DNA of 62,515 nt, the filler included, from Rhabdomonas costata (taxonomy: Eukaryota), in the NCBI GenBank assembly GCA_019059605.1. It is 16 parts of 16 records of this genome, joined end to end, with 100 filler letters (N's around TTAATTAATTAA, not from the genome) between each part and the next. Parts side by side here need not be neighbours in the genome. Positions count along the whole stretch, not along the records: positions 23,653 to 27,458 come from JAHMHO010000510.1; positions 27,559 to 31,363 come from JAHMHO010000511.1; positions 31,464 to 35,258 come from JAHMHO010000512.1; positions 35,359 to 39,161 come from JAHMHO010000513.1; positions 39,262 to 43,057 come from JAHMHO010000514.1; 11 more parts are not named here. One strand, 5' to 3'. The position numbers and the translations under genes were made by a program. Below are positions 26,232 to 39,785 of the stretch, in pieces; positions within the stretch are counted from its first letter, which is position 1; every line of letters starts with the position of its first letter. Below the pieces are notes generated by a model that was not told the DNA's origin, did not search any database, and saw nothing but the letters and a program-made list of their open reading frames with translations.

Positions 26232-27812
26232 CGAGTTTCCACACGCGTGAAGACAAGAAAACAAGGGGGACTTCTTCAGCCATGATGGTGAAATAGCAGT
26301 CACCCTTCAAGGGCACCACATAGAGCAGAAGACTTGCCTTGTGCCCTTCAACCCGGTGCCGAACTCACCATGCGAGCCCTTTTGCTAAAGAGAGAGAGAG
26401 AGAGAGTCGTTTCAGATAGGTGCAAAATACACTCCACAGTGACGAACGCTGGCACCACGCACTGCAATTCAGGCACTGCAGGCACCACTGACAGAACACT
26501 CTGCTACGTCCTTGGCTGAAAACTAGGTCGAGACGGGGACAGTGCTTTTTGACTGGTAAGAACCTTGCAATGCGCTTTGGAGCTTTTCGGCGCTTTGGAG
26601 GCAAGCGCCGAATGACATGACAGGTACGTTTCAAGTTTTTTTCTCTCTGGTCTGGCCGCCCCTTTTGAACCACAGCTTGCCACTTGGTACGACTCGCCAC
26701 TGGGATTGAATGTCCGCATTCTGGAATATCTTTCCCCCTGCCCGCCGCTCAACGGAGAGGATTCTGCGAGAGTTGGCACTGCCGCTGCCGACGAGGGGGA
26801 CAAGAACATGGGAACTTCAACCTCTCTCACGCCTCTCTCCTGACCGCGAATGCGACCCAGTGTGGGCGGAGCAGGAGACCCACAGCGGGTCTGCCGCGTC
26901 GCGAGGAACAGGCGAATCCTCTGCACCGTCCGTGTCGTCGAAGGCCATCTTCGAAGGGTAGCTCAGCTGAGCCCCCGAAGCGGCCGGGCCGGCCTGCTGC
27001 TGGCGCTCTGTCACAAAACACAGCCCATAAAATTAGCAATGTGGGTAAAGGACGACGAGAAAGTGGAAAGAGAAGGCTAGCTTGAAACCACCCGAAGACA
27101 GTCTCTTTGCAGACGACTTCCTGATTCTCTTCACCCTTCACTCAAAAAAGCTGAAGAATCCCGCACCACAAAATAAATAGTGACATGAATTGCAGAACAA
27201 AAAAAAAGGCGGAATTCCTACCTATACACACGTGTATTTTGAGTGCGGGTGCGTCAGAGCAGTTACCGGTTAGGGGTTGCCGGGCCGAAGTGGCCGGTTG
27301 TGCCTTGCGTTGCCCCACAGCCTGCTTCATGTCGCCCTTCTCCTGGGCATCAATACGCATGCGGACGAGGGAGAGAGGGGAGGAGGAGGAAGCAAAGCAA
27401 GGGCGATAGTGAGGGAAACAGGTCAGCGGGAGAGAAGGGAGGCTGGGGAAGTCACCAANNNNNNNNNNNNNNNNNNNNNNNNNNNNNNNNNNNNNNNNNN
27501 NNTTAATTAATTAANNNNNNNNNNNNNNNNNNNNNNNNNNNNNNNNNNNNNNNNNNNNGGGGGTGCGACAGGGGCGGGTGGTCGTAAATCCCCTCCCGAA
27601 GCTCCGAATTCGGCCGGCAGGATATGATTCGGAACTGGTTTTCTCCACCAACACGAAACCAGAAAGCGAAGTCTTGGGCGCTCAGCTTTAACATTGGCCC
27701 TCGCAGTGATGCAGACCTTGAAAATTCTGGAAACAAGGCAAAACGCGCGGGCACATATGAAAAGACTGGAGCAGAGGAAGAGGAAGATGACCCGCAGGAT
27801 GACTGTGCAGTT

Positions 27813-30800
27813 TTAGAGCCGGGTGGAAACGCCCGCGAAGGCAAAGTAGACCAGGACGAAAGTGAGGAACCCAAGCACGATAAATCCCGCGAGGAACCGG
27901 TCGACAAGCACCCACAGAGGGGGCCACGGCTTCGTCACGGGCACCAAGTTGGCCGTGGAGCTGATCGTCACTGTTACCGCATCGCTGGGCTTGAGCGCCC
28001 TGAAAAGGCAGAACAGGTGCCGATGAAATGCGCTTCTGATTTTGAGCTATTGTGGGTCATGAATTATCGTCCAGTGCAAAAAAATAATGGTTTGGGAGGG
28101 TCGGCCTCCCCTCCTCCCATGCTGTGCATTGGAAACCCGTCGTTGAGAGCAACTAGCAACTGAAAGAATACAATGAATTCGACGGAAAAGGAAATACAAA
28201 ATCCTCAACCTCAAAACTCTCAGTGACCCGATTGCTTAAGCCACCCACGGTTTCGTTAGCACTTGCCCCGGGGCAATTCAATACAGCCCGGGTATGGGGC
28301 GCTTGGGGGTCAGCATCATTTCCAAGTGTTTGCGTTTGAGTCCCACTGTGTGAATGTCCCGGTTTCCCCGGCGATATTTCGCTGTTCGTCCCAGCAGTGC
28401 TCCCAGGATTGTCCATAACAAAGCTATTCACGAGAAAAAGCGATGTGTGAGAAAATAAACCAATTATCTTTCGCCATCTCACACATTTTTATAAACTCCT
28501 ATTCTTCGTTCCTCTTTCGGCAGGCAGCCAAGGTCTGAATCCAAACCAAAATTAACGTGCACTTGAACTGAGACTTGCTTGCGAAGAGGGAGCTCACAAA
28601 CTGGGACACCAGCAGCGATCAGATGCTGCGCTTGGGCAGACGCTGATGTTCGCTTATTCTGGTGTGGAACTGGAATCTACGCCAGTCACTTCGGAGCTGG
28701 AAGCCGATTCGATTGTCGATTGTCGGTTGTCGGTTGTCGGGTTTTGTTCGTCAGCTGGCTATACCAATATAAGATCTGGCAGAGATGTTCAGCCGGACGT
28801 CACCATCACGGGCGTCCCAGAAATAACATCCGCAAAGGGAAACCTTGCTCCCGTTCCCTGAATATGGGGAGGCACCTAAACGGCATCACCGATACGGCAG
28901 ACCTCTGGCCTGATAATGTCCATGACAACCAAAAAGTGTGAATGTCGAAAAGAACAGTCTTGCTAAAAAAATTCCGTCGGATGTGATTGGGTTTAGAGAA
29001 AGAGCAAAAAGTCGTCTTTAGTAAACCACGTCAGCATGGTTGTTTCTTGTGCATTGCAAGGTCCTAAATTCATAAATTCAGGCCACCGGATTAAGCGAAG
29101 CTTAGTGCGCCCTCACACACAGCTACATTCATTCATATTAACACGCACATCACATCCGAAATTTGCTTCACCACAGGCATATCATGAAAACCAAACCTCA
29201 GAGAGACGAGCGGAACCGCATCATGGAACCCAAGACAAAGATGTTTGTGGTGGCACTGGGACACGACACCGGCCGCGGGTTAGGTGCTGCTCAGAAGAGC
29301 AGATCATAAGAAGCCCAAGCATGAACGTGCGCCAGATCACCAGAAGACAAGGGGCACTATCTTTGGGCTTATTGTGATGTGATAGACCACTACTTGTGTC
29401 GGCAGCTTGCCCAAATGAAAACCTGTGCACACACCCTACCTGACACGGCCTGAACACAAAACATACTGTGGGGTCTTTGGCTTGGCGTCGTGGAACTTCT
29501 TCAGCATGTGCACAACGACGAAGGACGGGATGGTGCTGAAGACAAAGACCAAGCAGATCAGGTTGTACATAGTGAGGAAGTTCTCGTAGGGCGCATCGGG
29601 AAGGCCGCTGGTGAATGCGAAGTTGAGTGCGACCAGGGACAGCATGCTGGTGACGCTCAGGCCCACCCGCGCGGGGGGAACCGTGACGTCGACGAACAGG
29701 GAGCACAGCCCGCAGAAGGTGATCAGCGACAGCGGCAGGAACACCAGGACCACGTAGTGGGCTTCCCCAGACAAGACCCACAAATCACAGTCAAAGGGGC
29801 GAACACACTTTGCCCCGGCGGATTGGGCATAATAATCATTGAATCGAATGGGAAAGGCGGAAAAGAAGGGGGTGGGAGGCGGGAAAGGAACTTCCCGCCC
29901 ATGGCAGCCCGGATGTTCCCCACTGGGTGAATACCAGAATGAAGGCGCAGGCATTTAGACATGACCAGCTACCACTTAAGAAGACAGCCACTTCAGACAT
30001 CTCGAGAAAGGTGGAAGGCGCGGGAGACTGAATGGATACGTGGTGATGTATCTCAATTGGTGGGGACTCTGGTGCATACGTAATTGTGGGATAATACGGA
30101 TATCACATGCGACCGAAGGACTGGATTTGTAAACCATCTAGATCACGGCGAAAAGATCCACGTCTATCAGAAGAAAACGTCTATAACACCCATGTATTTC
30201 ACGTACTTTCATCCCCTCACCCCAAAACGCACTAAACCAGGGCAGCCCGGATACCACTTGCACCAGGCGGAATCCCGCAACCACAGCTCTATCGTGGCCG
30301 GTGGCCTGGGAAGGGGAGCCTTTGCCCCCGACATCGCATTCAGCTAAGCCTCAGCACATTGCATTTTCCAAATAAAATATACCCCTTTGGGCAATGGGGC
30401 AATGGGACCGACCTGCAAAGAGCAGGAGGATGGGGAGGGGGTGTGTATATGCTTGCAGCGCTTGAGCTGTCCCTGCTAACCAATAGTATGGAGCTCACTG
30501 AGGGTAAAAGTAAGCGTACCGCCATCCCGCTTTAGATCAACCGTGACAACCATCGCGTTGAAGGCCTGCGGGCCGAAGGCTTGGGAGGAATTGCTTGGGT
30601 TGTACTGGACATGCGAGTAGTTGACCCGGGGCTGGAAGCTATAGCTCGTCGCAAACGTCGAAAGGTAGCCCGGCGCGGGCGCCTGAAGGAAGGACTTCAT
30701 AACGACCTTGGCTCCCATTCCCGCTTCATACACCACAATCGGAATGGTGCAGCTTTGCGCATCAAAGGGGTACTGCCTGAAGTTCATCGAGCAGGTTACA

Positions 30801-30924
30801 GTTCCCGTGATCCTCCGGTAGAGCACACTTGTCGGCAGGTACTGGTTTCCGTTGGTCATCAGAACGAACATCTCGTTCACCCCAGCAGACGTCTCATCGC
30901 TCTGCAGTGCCCACAAGCAGCGCC
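27813..30924 (-). CDS. Pentameric ligand-gated ion channel subunit (Cys-loop receptor), 5'-incomplete
   Basis: Exon 30924-30520 has C-x13-C (CSMNFRQYPFDAQSC) and pre-M1 DLKRDG. Exon 29761-29467 has M1-M3 including PPARVGLSVTSML and LP..PY. Last exon 27999-27813 has M4 (LVDRFLAGFIVLGFLTFVLVYF) and the stop. M3-M4 loop exons not fully resolved. Confidence 0.9.
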
Positions 30925-31930
30925 CTACATACATATAGTGCGCCCTACCGGAGGATATAAGTTGGGTAATGAAATTCCCATGTATCACTCTCCTCTTCGA
31001 ACATTTCCGGGCACTTCTAGTGGGAAATATGGAGAAAGGTGTGAAACAGAAGGAGGGATCCTTTACCGTCACAAATGAAAATCAAGGCCTGCTGAATCCG
31101 CTGCTGAATCTTTCTATTGGGAACCGAAACGGTTCATTTTTGTCCTGAAAAGAGGGTCCGAAAATCTCGTGAGCACTTGCAACATTGCATTCAGAAACCG
31201 AGACCCAAAACAGAAAATCTGTGATCTGTGTGGGGTAAGCCAAGACAGCCGCAGAACAGCACCGATGAAAATGCACTTGCAACATGGGAACGGCTTTGGA
31301 TGCGAAGTTGCTGCACTCGCAACTTGCAAGCAGTCAAAAAAGAAGATGGCGCAACAACACCACNNNNNNNNNNNNNNNNNNNNNNNNNNNNNNNNNNNNN
31401 NNNNNNNTTAATTAATTAANNNNNNNNNNNNNNNNNNNNNNNNNNNNNNNNNNNNNNNNNNNNACCCATTACACAACTTGAAGTGCGAGAGGGAGAAGGA
31501 ACTGTATGTGATCGTGTGTGCGGGTCAGGTAGTTTTCCCACCCTCCACCATCTATGCATCTTTTCACATTTATTGATTGTTGATCCGGACTTTTTCAAGT
31601 CGACAGGGGTTGCCATGGAAGTGGATTAGAGGTTGTGGGTTAGAGGTTAGGAATAATAAATTTTGATTGAAACTCCCGGGGTGACCTGCGTCATCGCCCC
31701 CGACAACTGAACTCGAGGTTCAAGTTGGATCCTGTTGAACTTGGTGGCTTTTTTGTCGTCCTCATTTGGGCATTGAACTTCGCCGCATTTTCTGGGACAG
31801 GAGGGGCCATTCTTGGGCCTTTGCTGATCTTCCTTCCGCGTCTGAACTTTCAACTCCGCACGGGCTGCGCTGGCACCGATTTTTCCTCTTGTGCCTATTG
31901 CGTTGCATTGCGATGTTATTGCACCCGCAG

Positions 31931-33529
31931 GTACGGCATGCCACCTTTTGGAATGATGCCCCCGTTCGGGTTCCCACCATTCGGGATGCCCAGCAGGTGT
32001 GTCTGTGTGTATGTGCGTGCGTGCGTGCCTTTGTGTGCATGTCTGTGCGCGCGGACATGCGGGGGGTGGTGTCGAAAGGCGAGTGCCCCTCCTGTGACTA
32101 CATCTCCTGCCCTCATGGTGCCACTTTCCGCTGTCGTTCCGTGGTAATTCTGATGTGTCCTCACGGAGAGTGCTGCACCCTCCCCTTTTCCCCTTGTCGC
32201 TTGTTTTCAAGCTCGCCACCTTTTCCCTTCCCCCCTCGCTTTATATGCCCAATGTCATGGCTTTCACCATGATGCGAGCATTATTGCCTTCTCTTTCCCT
32301 TTCGCTCTCTCAGGTACGATGACAGGGACAGGGACCGCGACCGTGACCGCCGCCCGGCCAGCCGCAGGTCCCGAACGCCCTCGTCCAGGTACTCTCAGTA
32401 AGCACGGGTCAGTACACACATCGGTAGGGGCGAGGGGGGGGGGACCATTCTCATTACAGCCTGCGAGGAAAGCCCATAAGTGAAGTGGCAATTTATTGAG
32501 ATTGAAAACTAGGTTTTGCTTGAGGAGATTTTTCCTTTCGCTATGTTATGTTTTGACTGTCGGGAAGGGGGGCAGGGGAAGGCTTTCTTTCCTTCTAACG
32601 TACGCACCTTCACACAGCGCGGCTTGCGCCCACCGCACCTTTACACACACACTCACATGCGTGCACAGCCCGAGGCGGCGCCGCAGCCGCGACGATCGCT
32701 CGTACTCTGGCTCCCCTGCCCCTGCTGCCCGGTATGCGTGCTTGTGTCTCTAATGGTATCCACTTTGTGTGCTGTGCTGCATTTTCGGCCTCGGTGACAA
32801 GCGAACACTCTGCAAATCCTTCGTGTTGGCTATGTTTCGTGGACGCTTGGAGGGATTATGTGTTTAGAATTACTTTACCTATGGCAGAACAGAATCTAGC
32901 AAAACCCCCCGTCTTTTTTCAGGAGGAGGGGGTGCCGAGTCTTGTTTTATGCGGCTTGCCGACGACATAACTCGACTACATAGAGAGCACTGCACGACAA
33001 CCTTTGGCAGGCAGATTTCCCGGATTGATTTTGCCGAAGAACAAAAGAAGCACTCAATCGCGTTCGCGTGAGAAAGGAATGCCCCATTTCCCCAATGCGA
33101 CTTATACGCTGCCGCCGCTACTGAGGGTGTTGTGCCAGTCATAACTTCCCATTCGCGCTTCCTGCAGCCTACTGCCCAATCCCTCGCTAAAGATGGCACA
33201 GTAGAGCTTTTCGGAAAACCTCCATGTGCGTTTGTGTATATGTACGTTATCTCCCGTTCAATGCAACAACATGATGTACTCTGACGCCTTCCTGGGATCA
33301 TGCGCTGAAAGGTGGCTTGCAGCTGTGTTATTGCTATTTTATTCGCAAGCATTCCACGGAAACCCATTGGATATGGGCTTGTGGGATTACTGGATATTTC
33401 TGCAGTACCTCACGGGGTCGGGACGACTACGGCGGTGGCCGAGCGAAGGCGGGCCGCGGAGATGGCGGGAGGCGCTCGTCATCCGGGTCTAACCGAAGCT
33501 CCCGCTCGCCGCCCCGCCGTCGGCGCTAG
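31931..33529 (+). CDS. C-terminal exons of an RS/RD-rich (SR-like) RNA-processing protein
   Basis: Exons 31931-31996, 32314-32388, 32669-32731 and 33406-33529 join in phase 2: YGMPPFGMMPPF / YDDRDRDRDRDRRPASRRSRTPSS / PRRRRSRDDRSYSGSP / ...SRSPPRRRR*. Confidence 0.75.
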
Positions 33530-34139
33530 TGCACACCACTGTTACCTCCTCCCTTGCCTCCGCACCCACCACACTCCTCGCCCTCCCTTGCTTCCCAACA
33601 AAACAACGCACCCGTAGCCGTGGGTCGTTCCCTTTCCTCCCCTTGCTCCTCCCTTCAGTGGCAATGGACACTGAGGTTTAGTGTGACCTTGACCATCTCA
33701 CCACATCTGTGCTCACGGCACAAATGGGTGTCTGCCTTGGGGGAGGACTCGAGGAGCCTGCTGTTCTGTGGCGTGTGTTTGCAGTTCTTCGGGAGGGTGT
33801 CGGGAAATTATAATTGATGAGCTTCCTCTCCTCATTTTCCATCACCAATCTTGCACGTGTTTCACTCCTGGAAAGAAATCACCCAGAGGCCCTTGGGGAA
33901 TCAAACCGCGGAAGTTATCCTTCCTCCTGAAGTGATCACTTTATCTTGGCCTAGTTGAGTATGTGTGGCTGTGAACCTGTCAACGTGGTAATTGAGCGTA
34001 TGCAACCCGCCAGTTGTACACCCGTCTGCACATCTTGTGTGCACTCAGTTTTGCCTTGATGCGCACTCTGCGTGTGTGTGTGTGTGTCTTCTATGTCCCA
34101 AAAGCTTCCCTCAATTAACTCCAGTATAGCTTTCTTCTA

Positions 34140-35258
34140 ATGATGATGCGGGTTCGAGCTGTGGCCGCTGCCTTTGAGCAGTTGCCCGCGCCGCAGGCGC
34201 TGTGGTTCAGCAGTGGACGGCTTTTGTGTGGTAACCCCTCCTTTATCACCGCGACGGAGGCGGCGGCGTACTTCCGGAAGTTCTCCCGCCATCCCACGGG
34301 AGATGTCAGTACATGGGCGGCCCGGATCGAGGCGGTTTTCCACATGTTCAACGACACCGGGCAGGTAATTGAGGCCCGGGATGTCGCCAACCTCTGCGTG
34401 GGGCTTCGCCGCAAACCCCGGCAGCTCTTTGCTTGAGGAGACAGCCCTCATGAGTGTGCTTGGCTGGGACGGTGGAAGAGGGGGGGGGGATATTCAACCT
34501 GAACCCCCAACCCAACCCCCTTGCCCATATATGCTTTCGGTTTTTTCCTGCAATGCCAGGAAAAGCATAAACCGAACCGAAACTTCTGCAAAAAGGCAGT
34601 TGTTAACGTAAACAGGAAGATGAAAAAAGTCGTACAAGACACAGGACACAGGACACAGGACCAGAAATGAATTGGAAGGGATGACGAATGTAATGAATGA
34701 CTGTCGAGCTTTGAAGGAAAGTATGGCAACGGGGACCAATGCCAGGTATGTCGAACCCAGTAAAACCATCCTGGGACCACCCCGCATTCCGTAACATTCC
34801 CAGGCACTGAGATCGCTTAAGTTCAGCAGACGCATTGAAAAGGCTACCTCGCGTCGGCTGGTACATAGAGCTTTGTTGTTGGAATTTTTTTATACAACGC
34901 TTTTCATCCGAGGTAGCTGCATGCATAGATCTTTCGCCTTATTCTGACATCGTGCACGACTGCGTTAAGCAACTTGCGCAGCAGGAAGGAAATTTCACGT
35001 CCATGCTATGGGTTGAATTTCTTGCCCGGTCTCCAGAAGGTCTGTCGACTGTGTGCCTGAAGTGAGCCCACCTTCTTCCTATTCCTACCCATGAGGCTGT
35101 GTTCCCTCTTTGCTCCCCTGGAGCGGCCTCTGTGGTTGGTCCTTGCCCACCGCATCTTGGAGCTGCAAGCAGAGCTGGGCCCCCGAGAGGTCTCGATCTG
35201 TGTGGACACCTTCGCCACCATCGACGCGGAGGATTACGAGGAGAGACTCTGACCACAA
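34140..35258 (+). CDS. Helical-repeat (OPR/FAST-RAP-like) protein with a possible organellar targeting N-terminus, partial
   Basis: Arg/Ala-rich N-terminus. Repeat-like segments IEARDVANLCVGLRR and LWLVLAHRILELQAELGPREVSICVDTFA. First exons are 34140-34418 and from 34925. Confidence 0.5.
34419..34924 (+). other. Candidate euglenid-type non-conventional intron (CG...GC ends)
   Basis: CAG at +4..+6 (34422-34424) and CTG at -8..-6 (34917-34919). GCAGCT/AGCTGC stem extendable with G-U pairs. Excision joins ORF 34140 to ORF 34835 in frame (RRKP|IDLSPYS). Confidence 0.62.
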
Positions 35259-36639
35259 NNNNNNNNNNNNNNNNNNNNNNNNNNNNNNNNNNNNNNNNNN
35301 NNTTAATTAATTAANNNNNNNNNNNNNNNNNNNNNNNNNNNNNNNNNNNNNNNNNNNNTGATCCCTTCCCGCACGCTTCCGGGCACCCCCAGACGGTGTT
35401 TTCCCATTAGAAAGACAAGACGTGAACATCGCCCCGCCCTACCCGGTTACGCTCGTGCAGTTGGCTAGAACTCACAAACACGTCTTCTCCGCTGCAGTTC
35501 CTGGGCGCCGTTCCTCCTCTCAAGGGTCGTCGTCGCTGCGCTCCTCCTCCTCCTTTCTGTCGGTCGCGTTCGCTCAGCCCATGTTGCTCCTAGAATCACC
35601 GCGATCATCACCCCCCGAAATTCACCTTATATGGGCGGCTTGTCCGCCGACGTATGCGCATCTCTGGTCCCTCTTCGGCGGCGCCCCCCAAAACAAAGAG
35701 CCCCGTTTATGTCGAGTTTTTCATATTAAATGATGGCGCCTTTTGACACCCCGAAACTGAGAAATAAGGTCTGTACATTTTCCACAGAAATTGTCCCAGT
35801 ATTGATTTTCGGCGGTCCCGAAAAAACGCGCGCTTTGCCACGGAACCCTGAAAGGTCAGGGAAGTTAGGGTCACCAGGCGCCGCGCAGGAAGGTGATGAC
35901 ATTTATGCCGGGGAGGCACAGATCATTATGTTTTTCCATCTCGGGCGCCCGGGGCTAAAACCCAGTATGAAAGATGTATTGACAGGGCGGGATGGGTTGC
36001 AGCGAGAGTGTGTGTCGAGCCGGTGACCGTATTCTGCTGGTGGAGCCGGAATTTGGAAAGAAAAAGGGTTTGCGCAAGTTTCATTTAACATGGATATGAA
36101 TTGGATTTTGCAGGATGCCGAAACGCATAAAGTAGTGCGCTCGTTATTGGATAGATTATTACTGGGTGGATTAATAGTCGAGAGGCCAAAGACAAGGTAA
36201 GGCAAGGCGGCCACTAAGCCATCGCAGGGAAGCAACGGTACACAAAGACAGTAGTGCTCAGGGCACTGAAACTGTCATAAAAAAACAGACGAAGGGAACC
36301 AATTTACATCGCATCATCGAGAGAGCACACAAGGGCAACAGAAAGCTAGCAAATGCCAAGAACGAAACAGAACTCACAGAAAACTTTCGAAGCAGTCTAA
36401 AACTGCTCTGACCTCAGGGCGGGTACAGTATTGACAAAAGAGAGGGCACCAACAGAAACACGAAAATAGAGACAAACCATGCGAGCACACACACAGAGGA
36501 TATAAAAGTATCAAGCAGGAAATAACAGCAGCGCACAGAGCCGGAGAAGTGATGAAGATAAGCCTCTCCTCGAAACGAAAGGCGACGCAGAAAACGGGGA
36601 CCCTCCATTAACACGGTGTAGGGACTCCGCCGTCGCCCG

Positions 36640-38052
36640 TGCCTCGGCGGCTCAGCTTGCGAGTTCGCTTGGAGATCGGGGAGTACGCCATCGGCGCAGA
36701 GCAGTCGCAGGGTTCGTCCCCGGTTCGACACACCCTCGCCACTGCACCACAGCGTGTGCACATGAAAAACACTCCGCGAAAATCAGTGGGAGTTGGGGTG
36801 CCCTACCACTGTGCTACACCAGCTCAGCACATATGGCACTGCTCTCTTTTCGGTTGCACATGGAATAAAATGGACTTCTATAATACAAGGGACTGAATGA
36901 CAGAATACTGTTTATGACAGAATAAATGAAGCATCGTATGTTTCTGAAAGGGGGTTAGGAGTTTGCATAACTACATTTGCTATCAAGAGCTGGCTTCTCG
37001 TCCTACAGAACGATGGGGGGAGGCACGTCTCCTTGGGAAGAGGTTGATAACACCATCGAAAGTGTGCCTGGTCCCAAATCCCTCTTATCTACAAACCGCT
37101 TCCCATTGGTTTTGTGCTTTTTTTTTGCATATTTATTCTGGTTCCAGCGCTCGCACAGACTCGGGTGCCCACCGGTGGGACACACCGCAGCGCGTAACGT
37201 GCTCGAGGTCAGCTTCGAAGTGGTCACTGCCGCGCTTCCGAAGCCTTCGTGGGGCGGGGCCCCCACCGGGGCTCGGCGACGAACCCAACCCCGCTGGCGA
37301 ACCCACCGGTCCCGTAGGGCTCTGATAACGCAAACACAACCCGCTCCCGCGTCTCCAAAGAACCATGTTCACAGACGCCTAAAAGGTCATTTCCTGGCGA
37401 TTCCAGCAAAATATTAAGGTTACACACAAACAAACTCTAGTTCTCCAAAAAAAAACTACAGTGAAAACTTTTGCTACTGAGATCAGCGAAAGAAGACGCT
37501 TGGCAATTTTTGGTTTTGCAGATGTAGGGGGCCAACACTAAAAAAAAAAAACGGTGAGTGTTCAGCTGCCCCCTCGCTCCCAAGTCCAGGCTCCATCGAC
37601 TCCATCGACCCCTCCTGCTCAATGCTCGCTGGTGTCCCGCCCTTCCCCTCGACCTCCCCTCACAGACACAGAGTCTCACACCCACACTCTTGGTCAGTCA
37701 AAGGTTCCCTCCTGGGTTCCGCGGCACCATACACAAACAGGAAGTATGGCGGGAATCTAAAAGGGCGGCGGAGGGGAAAAAAGAGGGCACTGACTGTGGC
37801 TGAGGCATGTGCCCGGTCCCGTCTCGCGGAGAGCTCCGCGCGAGCCTTGGCCAGCGGGGAGTACCCCGACGCGAACAGCAGCTTCGCCTTTTGCAGAATG
37901 GTGCTGCCCAGGGCGTGGCCCGAGGAGGTCGCCGTCTGGTGAGGCGACGAGTGCTGCGAGGGGGAGCGGTCGCGGCGGAGGGACAACCCAAGGCCTCGGC
38001 TGCTACCCAGGGGTTGCCCAGGGGAGCCAACCCCTGTGCTACCCGGCACCTT
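36640..38052 (-). CDS. Exons of an unidentified low-complexity S/G/P-rich protein
   Basis: GC-rich blocks at about 38052-37810, 37320-37172 and 36741-36643 preceded by YAG acceptors. No domain recognised. Confidence 0.35.
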
Positions 38053-39785
38053 CTGAGCGGAACAAAGTCCACACACACACTGTACACTTCACTTCCATTG
38101 ACCACGGAGTGTCTGAAGGTCCATCCCCCATAACGGGCTTTGCGACCGGCCCCAGCAGTGTGCAGATTTCCGAACTCGCATGAGCAGCACACACACGTAC
38201 ACATTGGATTGAGGACACATCACAGTGAATTTGAAACACACAACAAGTACACAACCAGTGTGACTGTTTCCCAAACACGCCGGGGACATCTTGACAAGAC
38301 AAGGCGTAAGCACACACGCAAGCACACACACAAATGCACACCTCAGGGGTTTTGGGGCTTCGGGAAGGAACAGAAGGGCTCGCAGTCCTGTGGCCCATGC
38401 CGCCCGCCAATGAGAATATTCGGAGGGGGTGGGGTGTACAGGCACAAAAGAGTATGAATATCGGCAAACGACCCCCATCCCCAGGGGGCCCAGGTCAAAG
38501 AACTACCTGGAAGGACCAAAACGACATTATAGCACTGCAGCCATTTCCAAAAAAAGGGACCTATAGTCGGGAGAAACGGGAAGAAAGCAGAATCCTCCTG
38601 GGACAATGCAGCAACGCTGCTGCTGTACCCCCGTTCTCAAATTAGTGCCGGAGCCATTCGGACGCCAGGCAGAAGACAAGAGAAGTGCTCCCAGGGATTA
38701 CCCATAAGCGGAATCCCCCAAGCCTTGACATTTTCTCTCTCACTCGCTCGCACCGGTGAGCGGCTGCATAGCTGCCCACGCGGCTGGCGGCACTGCGTGG
38801 ATCGCCGTGGCGCAGCTGCGGAGGCGACCTATCACCCCCACCGAACAGAACACATAGAACGCAGTGACCGCGATCTGCAATTCAGGTTGCCGCCTTAGAA
38901 GCCGTTTGTTGTGTAGCCCTTCTTTCAGGAATTAACCCTGTGAAATACTGTTTCACACACTAACGGCCGGTGTCTGGAAAATAGTGGGAGCTTAAAATCG
39001 AACAGCCAAGGCCACACACATGCACACAAGAAAAGTGTCTGCAAGTTGCTACAAAAGGACGATGGCTCTACAAAGCACTAAAGAAGCGGGCCCGAGCACT
39101 ATACCGAGACGATTATCCGAGTGCAGGTATCCATCTCTACCACTTTTTTCTACCACCCACCNNNNNNNNNNNNNNNNNNNNNNNNNNNNNNNNNNNNNNN
39201 NNNNNTTAATTAATTAANNNNNNNNNNNNNNNNNNNNNNNNNNNNNNNNNNNNNNNNNNNNGGTGGTTGTTTTTCCATCTGGTGTTTGTGAAATGAATGG
39301 GAATCCAGAATAAAGAGTGCGAACCATAAAGTGGTTATCTCATCTTTTTGATGCAAGAAGTTCACGGCAGCAATGCAGGGTGTCAGGGTATCTCTTCTTT
39401 TTTTTCCTTCATGAGTGCATTGGTATTCGTCCCCACCACCCTTCCGCTTCTCTTCTTTTCACAGGCCAACACAGCTGGGAAGAAGAGCCCACTCTTCCGT
39501 GCCAGGTCGTTGGCATTGTTTGCTCTTTGGAAAGGATACACGGCATCTGCATTGTATGATGGCTTTGCACACGAAGAGAACTGCCGCTGCACCTGTTCTT
39601 GATTGGATGCAAACATGAAGCCGACCCGCCTCAATTCTCTGCCCTTTAGTTAGGTGAGGATCTGGCAGTTCGTCATGAAGGCCTGACTTCATTCACTTTG
39701 GTTCGCGAAAGGGTTGGTTTTGTTTCGCTGCGTGGGGCCTTCTGTCTCCCACCCTCTTCCCCAATTTCGCCTCGCCATTGTGCAG

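Noticed and set aside
29762-30519. Non-conventional intron in the channel gene (CTG near the 3' end)
   Set aside because: GT...AAG restores the frame and there is no matching 5' CAG stem.
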